This document shows positions 37,370 to 46,666 of a stretch of DNA of 64,000 nt, in pieces. A program made the translations under genes and the position numbers. The stretch is taken from NCBI GenBank assembly GCA_963783305.1, contig CAWAMW010000007.1, positions 448,001 through 512,000 on the forward strand, in the 5' to 3' direction. Under the pieces are notes generated by a model. That model saw nothing but the letters and a program-made list of their open reading frames with translations. It ran no database searches and was not told the origin of the DNA. Position 1 is the first letter of the stretch; each line of letters begins with the position of its first letter. This DNA is from an uncultured Gemmatimonadales bacterium (GTDB taxonomy: Bacteria; Gemmatimonadota; Gemmatimonadetes; Longimicrobiales; RSA9).

Positions 37370-38152
37370 CTACCGCCAGTCGTTCCCTATCCAGCTACCG
37401 TACATGGGGTTCGGCAGGACGAAATACCGATCCCCGAACGGCGCCAGCGCCTCTGCCGGTGCGCTCCGGAGCCCCTGGTCCAGGTCGGGAAAGTCGCCGA
37501 TGTTGTCGCCGATCCACATGACGATGTCCAGCGGTGGGAGCCCGGCGCCGGTCGCGCCCTCGCGGACCATCTGGAAGCGCCCCTCCTTCTGGGACGTGTC
37601 CGTCTCGCACAGCACTACCGCCGGCTCGATCCCCAGCGCCTCCAGGTTGCGCACCGTCGCCGGACACAGCGATGCGTCCCGGTTCGTCACGATCGCGACC
37701 CGGCCACCCAGCTCGTTCACGCGCTCGATGAACCGGTCCGCTCCGGGCACCACCGTCGCCGCCTCCTCCCGCACCCACTCCGACCACATCCACTCCTCGA
37801 ACTCCTCGCCCGTCTCTGCGATGCGGCGCTGGAACTCGCTGTTGTCCAGCACCGTCTCATCCGCGTCCAGGATCACCGCCCAGCTGCCCGCTACCCGATC
37901 CGCGGCCGCCGCTGTCAGCCTCTCCGCAGCACTCCCGTATACCTGCTCCGTCAGCGCGCGGTACTCCGCAGCCGTTCGGACCCAGTGGACCTCCCGGTGC
38001 CGCAGCGCGGCGTTCGCCGACGACGGCGCCTCGTACCCGGGGGTCCCCGCCCCCACGTCGGGGTCGGCGGGCGCCGGCGCGGGACCGGGAGCAGGGAAGT
38101 GCGGAGCGCAGGCGGTCGCCAGGACCAGCAGGAGTGGAGCGACGAGTTTCAC
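37370..38152 (-). CDS. 5'-nucleotidase lipoprotein e(P4) family (class C HAD acid phosphatase)
   Basis: Lipobox LATAC, ILDADETVLDNS, GDNIGDF, LPNPMYGSW; GTG start. Confidence 0.9.
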   Translation of the reverse strand: MKLVAPLLLVLATACAPHFPAPGPAPAPADPDVGAGTPGYEAPSSANAALRHREVHWVRTAAEYRALTEQVYGSAAERLTAAAADRVAGSWAVILDADETVLDNSEFQRRIAETGEEFEEWMWSEWVREEAATVVPGADRFIERVNELGGRVAIVTNRDASLCPATVRNLEALGIEPAVVLCETDTSQKEGRFQMVREGATGAGLPPLDIVMWIGDNIGDFPDLDQGLRSAPAEALAPFGDRYFVLPNPMYGSWIGNDWR

Positions 38153-38345
38153 GATCGGGTCTCCAGGTGCTCGGGAAATCGCTTGAACGTGGACGTGCAT
38201 GGGAAGATAGGCGCAGCGCCCCGGCCCCGCAGTCGCCCGGCTCGTTCCGCTATGGCCGCGCCCCCGACCGGCGCACTAGCTTGTGGCCCGCGGGCGCACC
38301 CACCACGTTCCGCGCACCAGCCCTCGAGACCCGCAGGACGCCGCC

Positions 38346-39008
38346 GTGAAGATCCAGCGTATCGAGCATCGCCCCAGCGTGAACCGCGCCCGCCTGCGAT
38401 TCGAGGATGACGCCGCCCCGGCCCTGGAGATCGCCGTCGATCTCCTCCTGCGCGAGGGGCTTGCCCCCGGCGATTCCCTCACCTCGGAGCACCGGGCCGC
38501 ACTGGAATCGGCCGACGAGGAGTATCGTGCACGCGAGGCCGCCCTCTCACTCCTCGCACACCGCGCCCGCGCCCGCGCCGAGCTCCGCCGCCGCCTTGCA
38601 CGGAAGGACTTCTCCGATACGGCCATCGAGCAGGTCCTCGCCTGGCTCGATGACCGCGGCTACATCGATGACCACGCCTTCGCCCAGGCTTTCGTGAAGG
38701 ATCGCCTCCGACTCCGCCCCAAGGGCCGCAGGGCGCTCCGGCAGGAGCTGCGGAAGAAGGGCGTGGCCGATTCCACCGCCGACGCCGCCATCGACAGCGT
38801 CATGGGTGCCGAGGACGTGAGTGAGAGCGAGCTCGCGAGCCAGGCCGCCCGCTCCTGGGTCCGGAAGAACGGCTCCGCTGTACGCGCCGCGGCCTCCGAT
38901 CGCGAGGCCCGCCTGAAGCTGCGCCGCCGCCTCTACGGCCACCTCGCCCGCCGGGGCTTCGGCGGCGAGGCCGTACGGATCGCCATCCGCGCCGCGCTCG
39001 ACGATTGA
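38346..39008 (+). CDS. recX: Regulatory protein RecX
   Basis: ALSLLAHRARARAELRRRL, GYIDDHAFA, ELRKKGV, LARRGF. Confidence 0.88.
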   Translation: MKIQRIEHRPSVNRARLRFEDDAAPALEIAVDLLLREGLAPGDSLTSEHRAALESADEEYRAREAALSLLAHRARARAELRRRLARKDFSDTAIEQVLAWLDDRGYIDDHAFAQAFVKDRLRLRPKGRRALRQELRKKGVADSTADAAIDSVMGAEDVSESELASQAARSWVRKNGSAVRAAASDREARLKLRRRLYGHLARRGFGGEAVRIAIRAALDD

Positions 39009-39131
39009 CCTCGTCACAGCGGCGCGGTAGCATCTCGCTGAACCGTAGACGTAGACCGCGAACCGCGAACGGGCGCTCTACGACTACTCGTGGAACGCCC
39101 TGCACTCCAGAACCCCAACGGTGACGCCGCC

Positions 39132-40067
39132 ATGCCCACAGCCCGCGTGATCCTGAATCCCACGTCCGGGTCCGGCCGGGGACGGCGCATGGCGGAACGC
39201 ATCATCATCGGACTCGAGCGACGGGGGATCGAGGCCGACATTGTCGCCACCACCGCCCCCCGTGAGGCCTCGAGGCTCGGTCTCGAGGCCGCCCGCTCCC
39301 GCGTCGACCTCGTCATCGCCGCCGGCGGGGATGGCACCGTCCACGAAGTGGCGAACGGCATCCTGAAGGCGCTCTCGCAAGGCGTCGATGGCCCCGCACT
39401 CGGCGTTCTCCCCGTCGGCACGGGAAACGATTTCGCCAAGCTCATCGGGCCCCTCAAGGACCTCGACCGCTCCATGGATATCCTGGTCGATGGCGAGCTC
39501 CGTCGACTCGACGCCTGCACCGCCGAATGGGACGACACCCGGCACTGGTTCGTCAACGCCGCGGGCACCGGCCTCGACGTGGACGTCGTACGCCGCATCG
39601 TCCGGGCCCAGGGCCGGCCTTCGCCCGCCATCATCAAGTACCTGGGTGCCGTGCTCATGTCTCTCGTCCGCTACAAGGCGATCCCACTCCGAATCCGCCT
39701 CGATGACCAGGTCATTGAGCAGAAGGTCACCATCGTGGTCGCCGGAAACGGCCGATGCGTCGGGGGCGGGTTCTGGGTCTGCCCACAGGCGCAGCCCGAC
39801 GACGGCAGGTTCGATATCTGCATGGTGGACGAGGTCAGCTATCTTGGGGCGCTTGGACCGCTCGCCAGGGTCATGCGAGGGACGCACGAGGGGCATCCGA
39901 AGGTGAAGATGTATCAGGCACGCGAAGTGGAGATCGAGGCCATGGGGGCCGCGCCGCTGTTCTTCCAGCTCGACGGCGAGCTCCACGAGCCGCCGAACGC
40001 CCGCACACTCACGCTGCGGATGCATCCAGGGGCGCTCCCGGTGATGACCCAGAGAGCGACCGGGTGA
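39132..40067 (+). CDS. Diacylglycerol/lipid kinase family (YegS/DagK)
   Basis: ILNPTSG, AGGDGTVHE, PVGTGNDFA, QLDGE. Confidence 0.92.
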   Translation: MPTARVILNPTSGSGRGRRMAERIIIGLERRGIEADIVATTAPREASRLGLEAARSRVDLVIAAGGDGTVHEVANGILKALSQGVDGPALGVLPVGTGNDFAKLIGPLKDLDRSMDILVDGELRRLDACTAEWDDTRHWFVNAAGTGLDVDVVRRIVRAQGRPSPAIIKYLGAVLMSLVRYKAIPLRIRLDDQVIEQKVTIVVAGNGRCVGGGFWVCPQAQPDDGRFDICMVDEVSYLGALGPLARVMRGTHEGHPKVKMYQAREVEIEAMGAAPLFFQLDGELHEPPNARTLTLRMHPGALPVMTQRATG

Positions 40068-40069
40068 GC

Positions 40070-40759
40070 ATGGCGAGCCCACGCGGCCGGGCCCTCCTCT
40101 GGGCGGCGGTCACCCTCTGCGCCGTCGCTCCCGCGGCGGCCAACGCCCAGATCGCCGACACCACACAGGTCCCCGTGGACTCCGTGATCGTCACGCCTGG
40201 CGCCCGACCCGTCCTCATCTCCGACGCGCCCGACACTACGCCCGGGCCCATGACCCCCAGGGGCGCCTTCATCCGCTCCATGATCGTGCCCGGCTGGGGG
40301 CAGGCGGCGTTCGATCGACCCGTCCGCGGCGGCGTCTACTTCGCCGGATGGGCCGCCAACTGGTTCATGATCTTCCGCAATCAGGTCAGGCTCGACGACG
40401 CACGGTCCCGCTTCGATCGGCGAGTGGACCAGATCGAGGTGCAGCTCGTCGCCGAGTCACCGAACCCCGATTCCCTGCAGGCCGTGCTCGACAGCGTTCC
40501 ATCCGTCCTCGAGGCCGCGGTGCGAGCTGATGAGGGCCTGGGGAACACGGGGAACAGCCTCCGCAAGCTGGTCCGCGCCCGCGAGCAGCAGCGTGAGGAC
40601 TGGATCGCCTGGTCCATCTTCTGGGTCCTGGCGTCCGGCGTCGACGCCTATGTGACCGCGCATCTGTCCGACTTCCCGGCCGACATCGACATCCGCCGAA
40701 ACGCCGACCGCTCCCTGTCGCTCGGGCTCCAGCTACCCCTGCCACGAAGCCGACCATGA
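40070..40759 (+). CDS. Hypothetical exported/membrane protein (DUF5683-like)
   Basis: Signal peptide, AFIRSMIVPGWGQ, VDAYVTAHL. Confidence 0.75.
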   Translation: MASPRGRALLWAAVTLCAVAPAAANAQIADTTQVPVDSVIVTPGARPVLISDAPDTTPGPMTPRGAFIRSMIVPGWGQAAFDRPVRGGVYFAGWAANWFMIFRNQVRLDDARSRFDRRVDQIEVQLVAESPNPDSLQAVLDSVPSVLEAAVRADEGLGNTGNSLRKLVRAREQQREDWIAWSIFWVLASGVDAYVTAHLSDFPADIDIRRNADRSLSLGLQLPLPRSRP

Positions 40760-41622
40760 CGTCGCTCCACGCCGCCGTGAGCCGCGATCGGCCCATCGGC
40801 ATCTTCGATTCCGGGTTCGGCGGCCTCACCGTGGCCGCCGCACTCCACGAGCGCCTCCCGAACGAGTCGCTCCTCTACTTCGGCGACACCGCGCGCGTCC
40901 CCTACGGCTCCAAGTCCCCCGCCGTGGTCCGCGGGTTCTCCCGTGAGGCCGCCCGCCTCCTCCTGTCCCGCGACATCAAGCTGCTGGTCATCGCCTGCAA
41001 CACCGCGACGGCCCACGCCGAGCAGGCGCTCAGGGAGGAGCTGGAGATCCCGGTCGTGGGCGTGATCGAGCCCGGCGCATCCGCCGCGGTCGCGGCCACC
41101 ACCACGGGCCGCATCGGCGTCCTCGGCACCGCGGGCACCATCGCCTCCGGAGCCTACGACCTCGCCGTGCGCCGGCGCCTCGGCGAGAGCGGCCGCGTCT
41201 ACGCCCAGCCGTGCCCGCTCTTCGTACCCCTGGTCGAGGAAGGGTGGACCCACCACCCCGCCACCGCCCTGGTCAGCCGCGACTACCTGGCTCACCTGAA
41301 GGAGGTGGACGTCGACGTGCTGATCCTCGGCTGCACCCACTACCCGCTGCTCCGCGAAGCCATCCAGAACGAGATGGGGCCCGACGTGCGGCTCGTGGAC
41401 TCCGGGGAGGAGACCGCGCGGGCCGTCGAGCGGCTCCTGCGGGAGCACGATATGGAGAATACGGGCCAGACGCCCCCCACCCGGTCCTTCATCGTCAGCG
41501 ACTCGCCCGGCCGCTTCCGCGACGTCGGCCGGCGCTTCATCGGCGACCTCCTCACCGAGGTCCACCACGTCGACATCGACAGCCTCGCCATCCACCTCCA
41601 GCAGCTCCGGCCCGAACGCTAG
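40756..41622 (+). CDS. murI: Glutamate racemase
   Basis: IGIFDSGFGG, PYGSKS, IACNTA, LGCTHYP. Confidence 0.96.
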   Translation: MTSLHAAVSRDRPIGIFDSGFGGLTVAAALHERLPNESLLYFGDTARVPYGSKSPAVVRGFSREAARLLLSRDIKLLVIACNTATAHAEQALREELEIPVVGVIEPGASAAVAATTTGRIGVLGTAGTIASGAYDLAVRRRLGESGRVYAQPCPLFVPLVEEGWTHHPATALVSRDYLAHLKEVDVDVLILGCTHYPLLREAIQNEMGPDVRLVDSGEETARAVERLLREHDMENTGQTPPTRSFIVSDSPGRFRDVGRRFIGDLLTEVHHVDIDSLAIHLQQLRPER

Positions 41623-41720
41623 CTCCCGCGCCGGGATCCTCCCCCGGTGCACCGCAGGCGGAAACCACAACCGCGTTGTCACGGAGCACTCGGAGAGGGC
41701 GGAGGACTCAGAGAAAGGCG

Positions 41721-41889
41721 TGACACGAAGAGCTCGAAGGGTCGAAGAGCACGAATCGGGTTGGGAAGGTACACCGCGAACCCGAACGTGCCGGTAACAA
41801 ACAACAGATCCGGATTTTGCTTGTTTCCGGCTAGCCGAAGGCTCCCGTTGACTCTTCGACGCCTTCGTTCCTTCGAGCCCTTCGTGTCA
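41721..41889. repeat. 170-nt element with long terminal inverted repeats built from CGAAG subrepeats
   Basis: tgacacgaagagctcgaagg...ccttcgagcccttcgtgtca (19/20), gtcgaagag/ctcttcgac, inner ccggtaacaaacaa/ttgcttgtttccgg. Confidence 0.8.
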
Positions 41890-41927
41890 AGAATTTGGAG
41901 TTCCTTGCCCAGCCCACGTACCAGCTG

Positions 41928-42692
41928 TCAGGTCTTCCCGCCGGGACCCCCGAGACCGCCGGACTCCCGCTCCCACCGCGCCAGCACCGGCACCCCGTCC
42001 TCACCGATCGTGATGTAGGTCCAGTGGCTGATCCAGTCGCCCGCGTTCAGGTAATAGCGGCCCGGCTCGACCTCTTCCACCGCCGGGAGGTGCGCGTGGC
42101 CGCACACCACGTACGCCAGCTCCGGCTCCTCCGCCAGCGTCTCCCGGGCCCACCCCTCGATGAACGCCGCGCGCCCCAGCTTGCCCGGATCCGTGTCGAC
42201 CTTCAGCTCCGTCGATGAGACCCGGCGCGCCAGCCGAAGACCGAGCTCCGGATGAATCGCGCGGAACGCCATCACCGCCGCGCGGCTCCGCAGCACCAGC
42301 TTCAGGGCCCGGTACTTCAGGTCGCCCTTGCCCAGACCATCGCCGTGCGCCAGCAGCGCCGACCGTCCGCAGATCTGCATCCGCACATGACCGGGGCGGA
42401 ACGACACCCCCACGTGCTCCTCCAGGAACCGGCCGCCCCAGGCGTCGTGATTGCCGCCCGTAACCACCACAGGCACACCGGACTCCACCAGCTCCGACAG
42501 CGCCGCCAGGACCCGGAAGTGCTCACCCGGGATCACGTCGCCGTACTCGAACCAGAAGTCGAAGAGGTCACCGGGAATGATCAGCTGCGAGCCCTCCGCC
42601 CCCACGTGGTCGAGGAAGGCGAGGAAGGCCCGCTCCGTGGCGTCGGGTACGGCGCCCAGGTGCACGTCCGAGGTGATGAACACTGGCTTCAT
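41928..42692 (-). CDS. lpxH: UDP-2,3-diacylglucosamine diphosphatase (LpxH-like metallophosphoesterase)
   Basis: SDVHLG, GDLFDFW, GNHD, HGDG, GHAH, NAGDW. Confidence 0.8.
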   Translation of the reverse strand: MKPVFITSDVHLGAVPDATERAFLAFLDHVGAEGSQLIIPGDLFDFWFEYGDVIPGEHFRVLAALSELVESGVPVVVTGGNHDAWGGRFLEEHVGVSFRPGHVRMQICGRSALLAHGDGLGKGDLKYRALKLVLRSRAAVMAFRAIHPELGLRLARRVSSTELKVDTDPGKLGRAAFIEGWARETLAEEPELAYVVCGHAHLPAVEEVEPGRYYLNAGDWISHWTYITIGEDGVPVLARWERESGGLGGPGGKT

Positions 42693-42807
42693 GGCCCGCG
42701 AACCTAACCCTCGCACGCCGCGCCCAGCAACGCGCCACCGTCAGGAACCGATTTTCTCGCCCGCCGCTGTTGTTCTTCGTCGTCGTTCTTGTATATGTTC
42801 GTCCACC

Positions 42808-43824
42808 ATGGCTACGAAACACACTGAACGAGAGGGGCTCCGGCCCATCTCGCCGTACCAGCCGGCCCGCGCCCGCGAGGGTCGGAACCCCGGCACTCCC
42901 CTCGACCTCGACTGGGTCCGCGACCTCCGCGTGAACCGCAGCGCGGCGGAGCGCCGGTCCGCCACCCTGACCGCGCGTCGGTCCGTCAAGAAGGCCTGGC
43001 AGGCCGCGTGGCTGATCCGCGCGATCCAGTGCATGGACCTGACCACCCTCTCCGGCGATGATACGCCCGGGGCCGTGCGGCGGCTCGCGGCCAAGGCCCG
43101 TCAGCCCGTTCGAGAGGATCTCCTCCGAAGCCTCGGCCTCGCGCCCCACGCCGTCCAGGTGGGCGCCGTGTGCGTCTACCACGCCCTCGTGCCCGCGGCC
43201 GTTGACGCGCTCCGGGGCTCGGGGATCCCCGTGGCGGCCGTCTCCACCGGGTTCCCCGCGGGCCTGAGCCCCTTCGCCCAACGGGTGGCCGAGATCGGCG
43301 CTTCGGTCGAGGCGGGCGCCGAGGAGATCGACATCGTCATCACTCGCGCCCACGTCCTGCGCGGGGACTGGAGGGCCCTCTACAACGAGGTCCGCACCTT
43401 CCGTGACGCCTGCGGCGAGGCCCACATGAAGACGATCCTGGCCACGGGGGAGCTGGGCACCCTCACGAACGTCGCGCGCGCCAGCCGCGTCTGCATGATG
43501 GCCGGCGCCGATTTCATCAAGACGTCCACCGGCAAGGAGAGCGTCAACGCCGTCCTGCCCGTCGGCCTCACCATGGCCCGCGCCGTCCGCGACTACCGCG
43601 AGCGCACCGGCTACGCCATCGGCTTCAAGCCGGCGGGAGGAATCCGCACCGCGAAGGACGCCATCAGCTGGCTGATCCTCATGCGCGAGGAGCTCGGCGA
43701 GCGCTGGACCCGACCCGACCTGTTCCGCTTCGGGGCGAGCTCGCTCCTCGGCGACATCGAGCGGCAGCTCGAGCACTTCGTTACTGGCCGCTATTCCGCC
43801 GGCTACCGACACCCCATGGCATGA
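42808..43824 (+). CDS. deoC: Deoxyribose-phosphate aldolase (long type)
   Basis: DLTTLSGDDT, AVSTGFP, ADFIKTSTGK, FKPAGGIR, RFGASSLL. Confidence 0.95.
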   Translation: MATKHTEREGLRPISPYQPARAREGRNPGTPLDLDWVRDLRVNRSAAERRSATLTARRSVKKAWQAAWLIRAIQCMDLTTLSGDDTPGAVRRLAAKARQPVREDLLRSLGLAPHAVQVGAVCVYHALVPAAVDALRGSGIPVAAVSTGFPAGLSPFAQRVAEIGASVEAGAEEIDIVITRAHVLRGDWRALYNEVRTFRDACGEAHMKTILATGELGTLTNVARASRVCMMAGADFIKTSTGKESVNAVLPVGLTMARAVRDYRERTGYAIGFKPAGGIRTAKDAISWLILMREELGERWTRPDLFRFGASSLLGDIERQLEHFVTGRYSAGYRHPMA

Positions 43825-46262
43825 CCGAAAAGACCACGCAGGTCCCCGAGTTGCTGGAGCGCCTGGAGTATGGTCCCGCTCCGGAGTCCTCCACCGACGT
43901 CCGCGCCTGGATCGACGACCACGGCCCCTTCGGCCACTACATCGAGGGCCGCTGGACGCCCGCCGGCGACGACCGCTTCGACGTCTCCGACCCGTCCACC
44001 AACCACACCCTCGCCCAGGTCACCCAGGGCTCCGAGGACGACGTGGATGCCGCCGTCCGCGCCGCGCGCGCCGCGTTCCCCGCGTGGTCCGCACTCCCGG
44101 GCCATGAACGCGCCCGCTACCTCTACGCCATAGCGCGCCAGCTCCAGAAGCACGCCCGCTTCTTCGCCGTCCTCGAGTCCCTCGACAACGGCAAGCCCAT
44201 CCGGGAGACCCGGGACATCGACATCCCCCTCGTGGCCCGCCACTTCTATCACCACGCCGGCTGGGCCCAGCTCATGGACCGCGACCCGGAGCTCCGCGAT
44301 CAGCGGCCCCTCGGGGTCGCCGGTCAGATCATCCCGTGGAACTTCCCGCTGCTCATGCTGGCGTGGAAGGTGGCCCCGGCCCTGGCCACGGGAAACACGG
44401 TGGTCCTCAAGCCGGCCGAGTTCACGCCGCTCACCGCCCTCCGCTTTGCCGCGCTGTGTCACCACGTCGGACTGCCCCCGGGCGTGCTCAACATCGTCAC
44501 CGGCGATGGCAGGACGGGCGCGCACCTGGTCGCTCATCCCGACGTCGACAAGATCGCCTTCACCGGCAGCACCGAGGTCGGACGGATCATCCGCACCCAG
44601 ACCGCGGGCAGTGGCAAGCGCCTTTCCCTCGAGCTGGGCGGGAAATCGCCCTTCGTCGTCTACGAGGACGCGGACCTCGACGGGGTGGTCGAAGGCGTGG
44701 TGGATGCCATCTGGTTCAACCAGGGGCAGGTGTGCTGCGCCGGGTCCCGCATTCTGGTGCAGGAAGGCGTGGCCGATCGCCTCATCCAGAAGCTGCGCGA
44801 CCGCATGGAGACGCTCCGCATCGGGGATCCCCTCGACAAGGGCGTGGACATCGGCGCCATCGTCGCCCCGGTCCAGCTCGAGCGGATCCAGCGCCTCGTG
44901 CAGGAGGGCAGGGAAGAGGGTGCGGAGGTCTGGCAGCCGTCCTGGCCATGTCCCGACCAGGGCTGCTTCTATCCGCCCACCCTCATCACCAACGTCTCGC
45001 CCGCCGCGCAGGTCTCGCAGGTCGAGATCTTCGGACCCGTGGTCGTGCTCATGACCTTCCGCACTCCCGCGGAGTCCGTCGATCTCGCCAACAACACCCC
45101 CTACGGGCTCGCCGCCAGCGTCTGGTCCGAGAACATCAATCTCGCCCTCGACGTGGCCCCGAAGATCAAGGCCGGGACCGTGTGGATCAACTCCACCAAC
45201 CTCTTCGATGCCGCCTCCGGCTTCGGTGGGTACCGCGAGAGCGGGTTCGGGCGGGAGGGCGGACGCGAAGGCCTCTGGCCGTACCTCACCACGTCCCCTG
45301 CCTCGAACGCTGAGCGTGCGCCCGAGGAGCCGGCCACCGGCGCGGGAGTCGACGCCGCCGGGAACGCGGCCACGAGAGAGCCCGTCGAGCGAGAACCGAG
45401 CACCGAACACCGTGGACCGATACCCGTGGGTGTGGACCGCACCGCCAAGCTCTACATCGGCGGCAAGCAGGCCCGCCCGGATTCCGGCTACTCCACCGAC
45501 GTCCTCGGCGCCGACGGCACGCACCTCGGTGAGGTGGGGAAGGGGAATCGGAAGGACATCCGGAACGCCGTCGAGGCGGCCCACAAGGCTCTCCCCGGCT
45601 GGTCGGCTGCCACGGCCCACACCCGCGCCCAGATCCTCTTCTACCTCGCCGAGAACCTCGCCGCCCGCGCCGATGAGTTCGCGCGCCGGATCGACGCCAT
45701 GGTCGGGAGCGGTGGCCGCGAGGAAGTGGAGGCCGCCATCCGTCGCGTATTCTCCTACGCCGCATGGGCCGACAAGTGGGACGGCGCCGTCCACCATACC
45801 CCGGTTCGGAACGTCACCATCGCCATGCCCGAGCCTATCGGCGTGGCGGGCGTGGCGGCCCCCGATGAGCGGCCTCTGCTGGGGCTCCTTTCCGCGACCC
45901 TCCCGCTGGTGGCTCTCGGGAACACCGTCGTCGCCATACCGTCCGAGCGGGCCCCCCTGGCCGCCACCGACCTGTACCAGGTCCTCGATACGTCCGACGT
46001 GCCGGGCGGCGTGATCAATATCGTGACCGGGCCCCGAGATGAGCTCGTGGAGACCCTGGCGGGCCATTACGATGTGAACGCCCTCTGGTATATCGGCGGC
46101 ACCCGCGAGGGCGCTGCCATGGTCGAGCGGCTCTCCGCCGGCAACATGAAGCAGACGTGGATCCGCTCCGGTCGCGACTGGATGGACCCGAGCTCGGAGG
46201 GCCCCGAGTTCCTGCGGAGGGCGAGCCAGGTGAAGAACATCTGGGTCCCATACGGAGCATGA
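43821..46262 (+). CDS. Aldehyde dehydrogenase, ALDH16-type with extra C-terminal Rossmann domain
   Basis: [36 protein letters not shown], then a second NAD-like domain; 813 aa. Confidence 0.92.
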   Translation: MTEKTTQVPELLERLEYGPAPESSTDVRAWIDDHGPFGHYIEGRWTPAGDDRFDVSDPSTNHTLAQVTQGSEDDVDAAVRAARAAFPAWSALPGHERARYLYAIARQLQKHARFFAVLESLDNGKPIRETRDIDIPLVARHFYHHAGWAQLMDRDPELRDQRPLGVAGQIIPWNFPLLMLAWKVAPALATGNTVVLKPAEFTPLTALRFAALCHHVGLPPGVLNIVTGDGRTGAHLVAHPDVDKIAFTGSTEVGRIIRTQTAGSGKRLSLELGGKSPFVVYEDADLDGVVEGVVDAIWFNQGQVCCAGSRILVQEGVADRLIQKLRDRMETLRIGDPLDKGVDIGAIVAPVQLERIQRLVQEGREEGAEVWQPSWPCPDQGCFYPPTLITNVSPAAQVSQVEIFGPVVVLMTFRTPAESVDLANNTPYGLAASVWSENINLALDVAPKIKAGTVWINSTNLFDAASGFGGYRESGFGREGGREGLWPYLTTSPASNAERAPEEPATGAGVDAAGNAATREPVEREPSTEHRGPIPVGVDRTAKLYIGGKQARPDSGYSTDVLGADGTHLGEVGKGNRKDIRNAVEAAHKALPGWSAATAHTRAQILFYLAENLAARADEFARRIDAMVGSGGREEVEAAIRRVFSYAAWADKWDGAVHHTPVRNVTIAMPEPIGVAGVAAPDERPLLGLLSATLPLVALGNTVVAIPSERAPLAATDLYQVLDTSDVPGGVINIVTGPRDELVETLAGHYDVNALWYIGGTREGAAMVERLSAGNMKQTWIRSGRDWMDPSSEGPEFLRRASQVKNIWVPYGA

Positions 46263-46666
46263 GTCACCTCGCCACGTCCACCTTCCGGGCCCGGTACGCG
46301 GAGACCGACCAGATGGGGGTCGTCCACCACGCCAGCTACCTCGTCTGGTGCGAGGTGGGCCGCACCGACTACATGCGCGATCTCGGCACCACCTACGCCG
46401 AGATCGAGCGGCAGGGCGTGTTCCTCGCCGTCGCCTCCGCCGAGGTCCGCTACGGTGCTCCAGCCCACTACGACGACCTGATCCACGTCGAGACCCGACT
46501 GGAGTCCGTGAAGTCGCGCACCATCACCTTCGCCTACGACATTTCGCGCCGGGAGCCCGACCCCGGCCCCATCGCACGCGCGTCCACCACCCTGGTCTCC
46601 ATTGACGCCGACGGCCGGCCGCGTCGACTGCCCCACGCTGTTCTGGACCTGTTCCGCACCTCATGA
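46259..46666 (+). CDS. Acyl-CoA thioesterase, YbgC/4HBT family
   Basis: RYAETDQMGVVHHASYLVWCEVGR. Confidence 0.92.
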   Translation: MSHLATSTFRARYAETDQMGVVHHASYLVWCEVGRTDYMRDLGTTYAEIERQGVFLAVASAEVRYGAPAHYDDLIHVETRLESVKSRTITFAYDISRREPDPGPIARASTTLVSIDADGRPRRLPHAVLDLFRTS

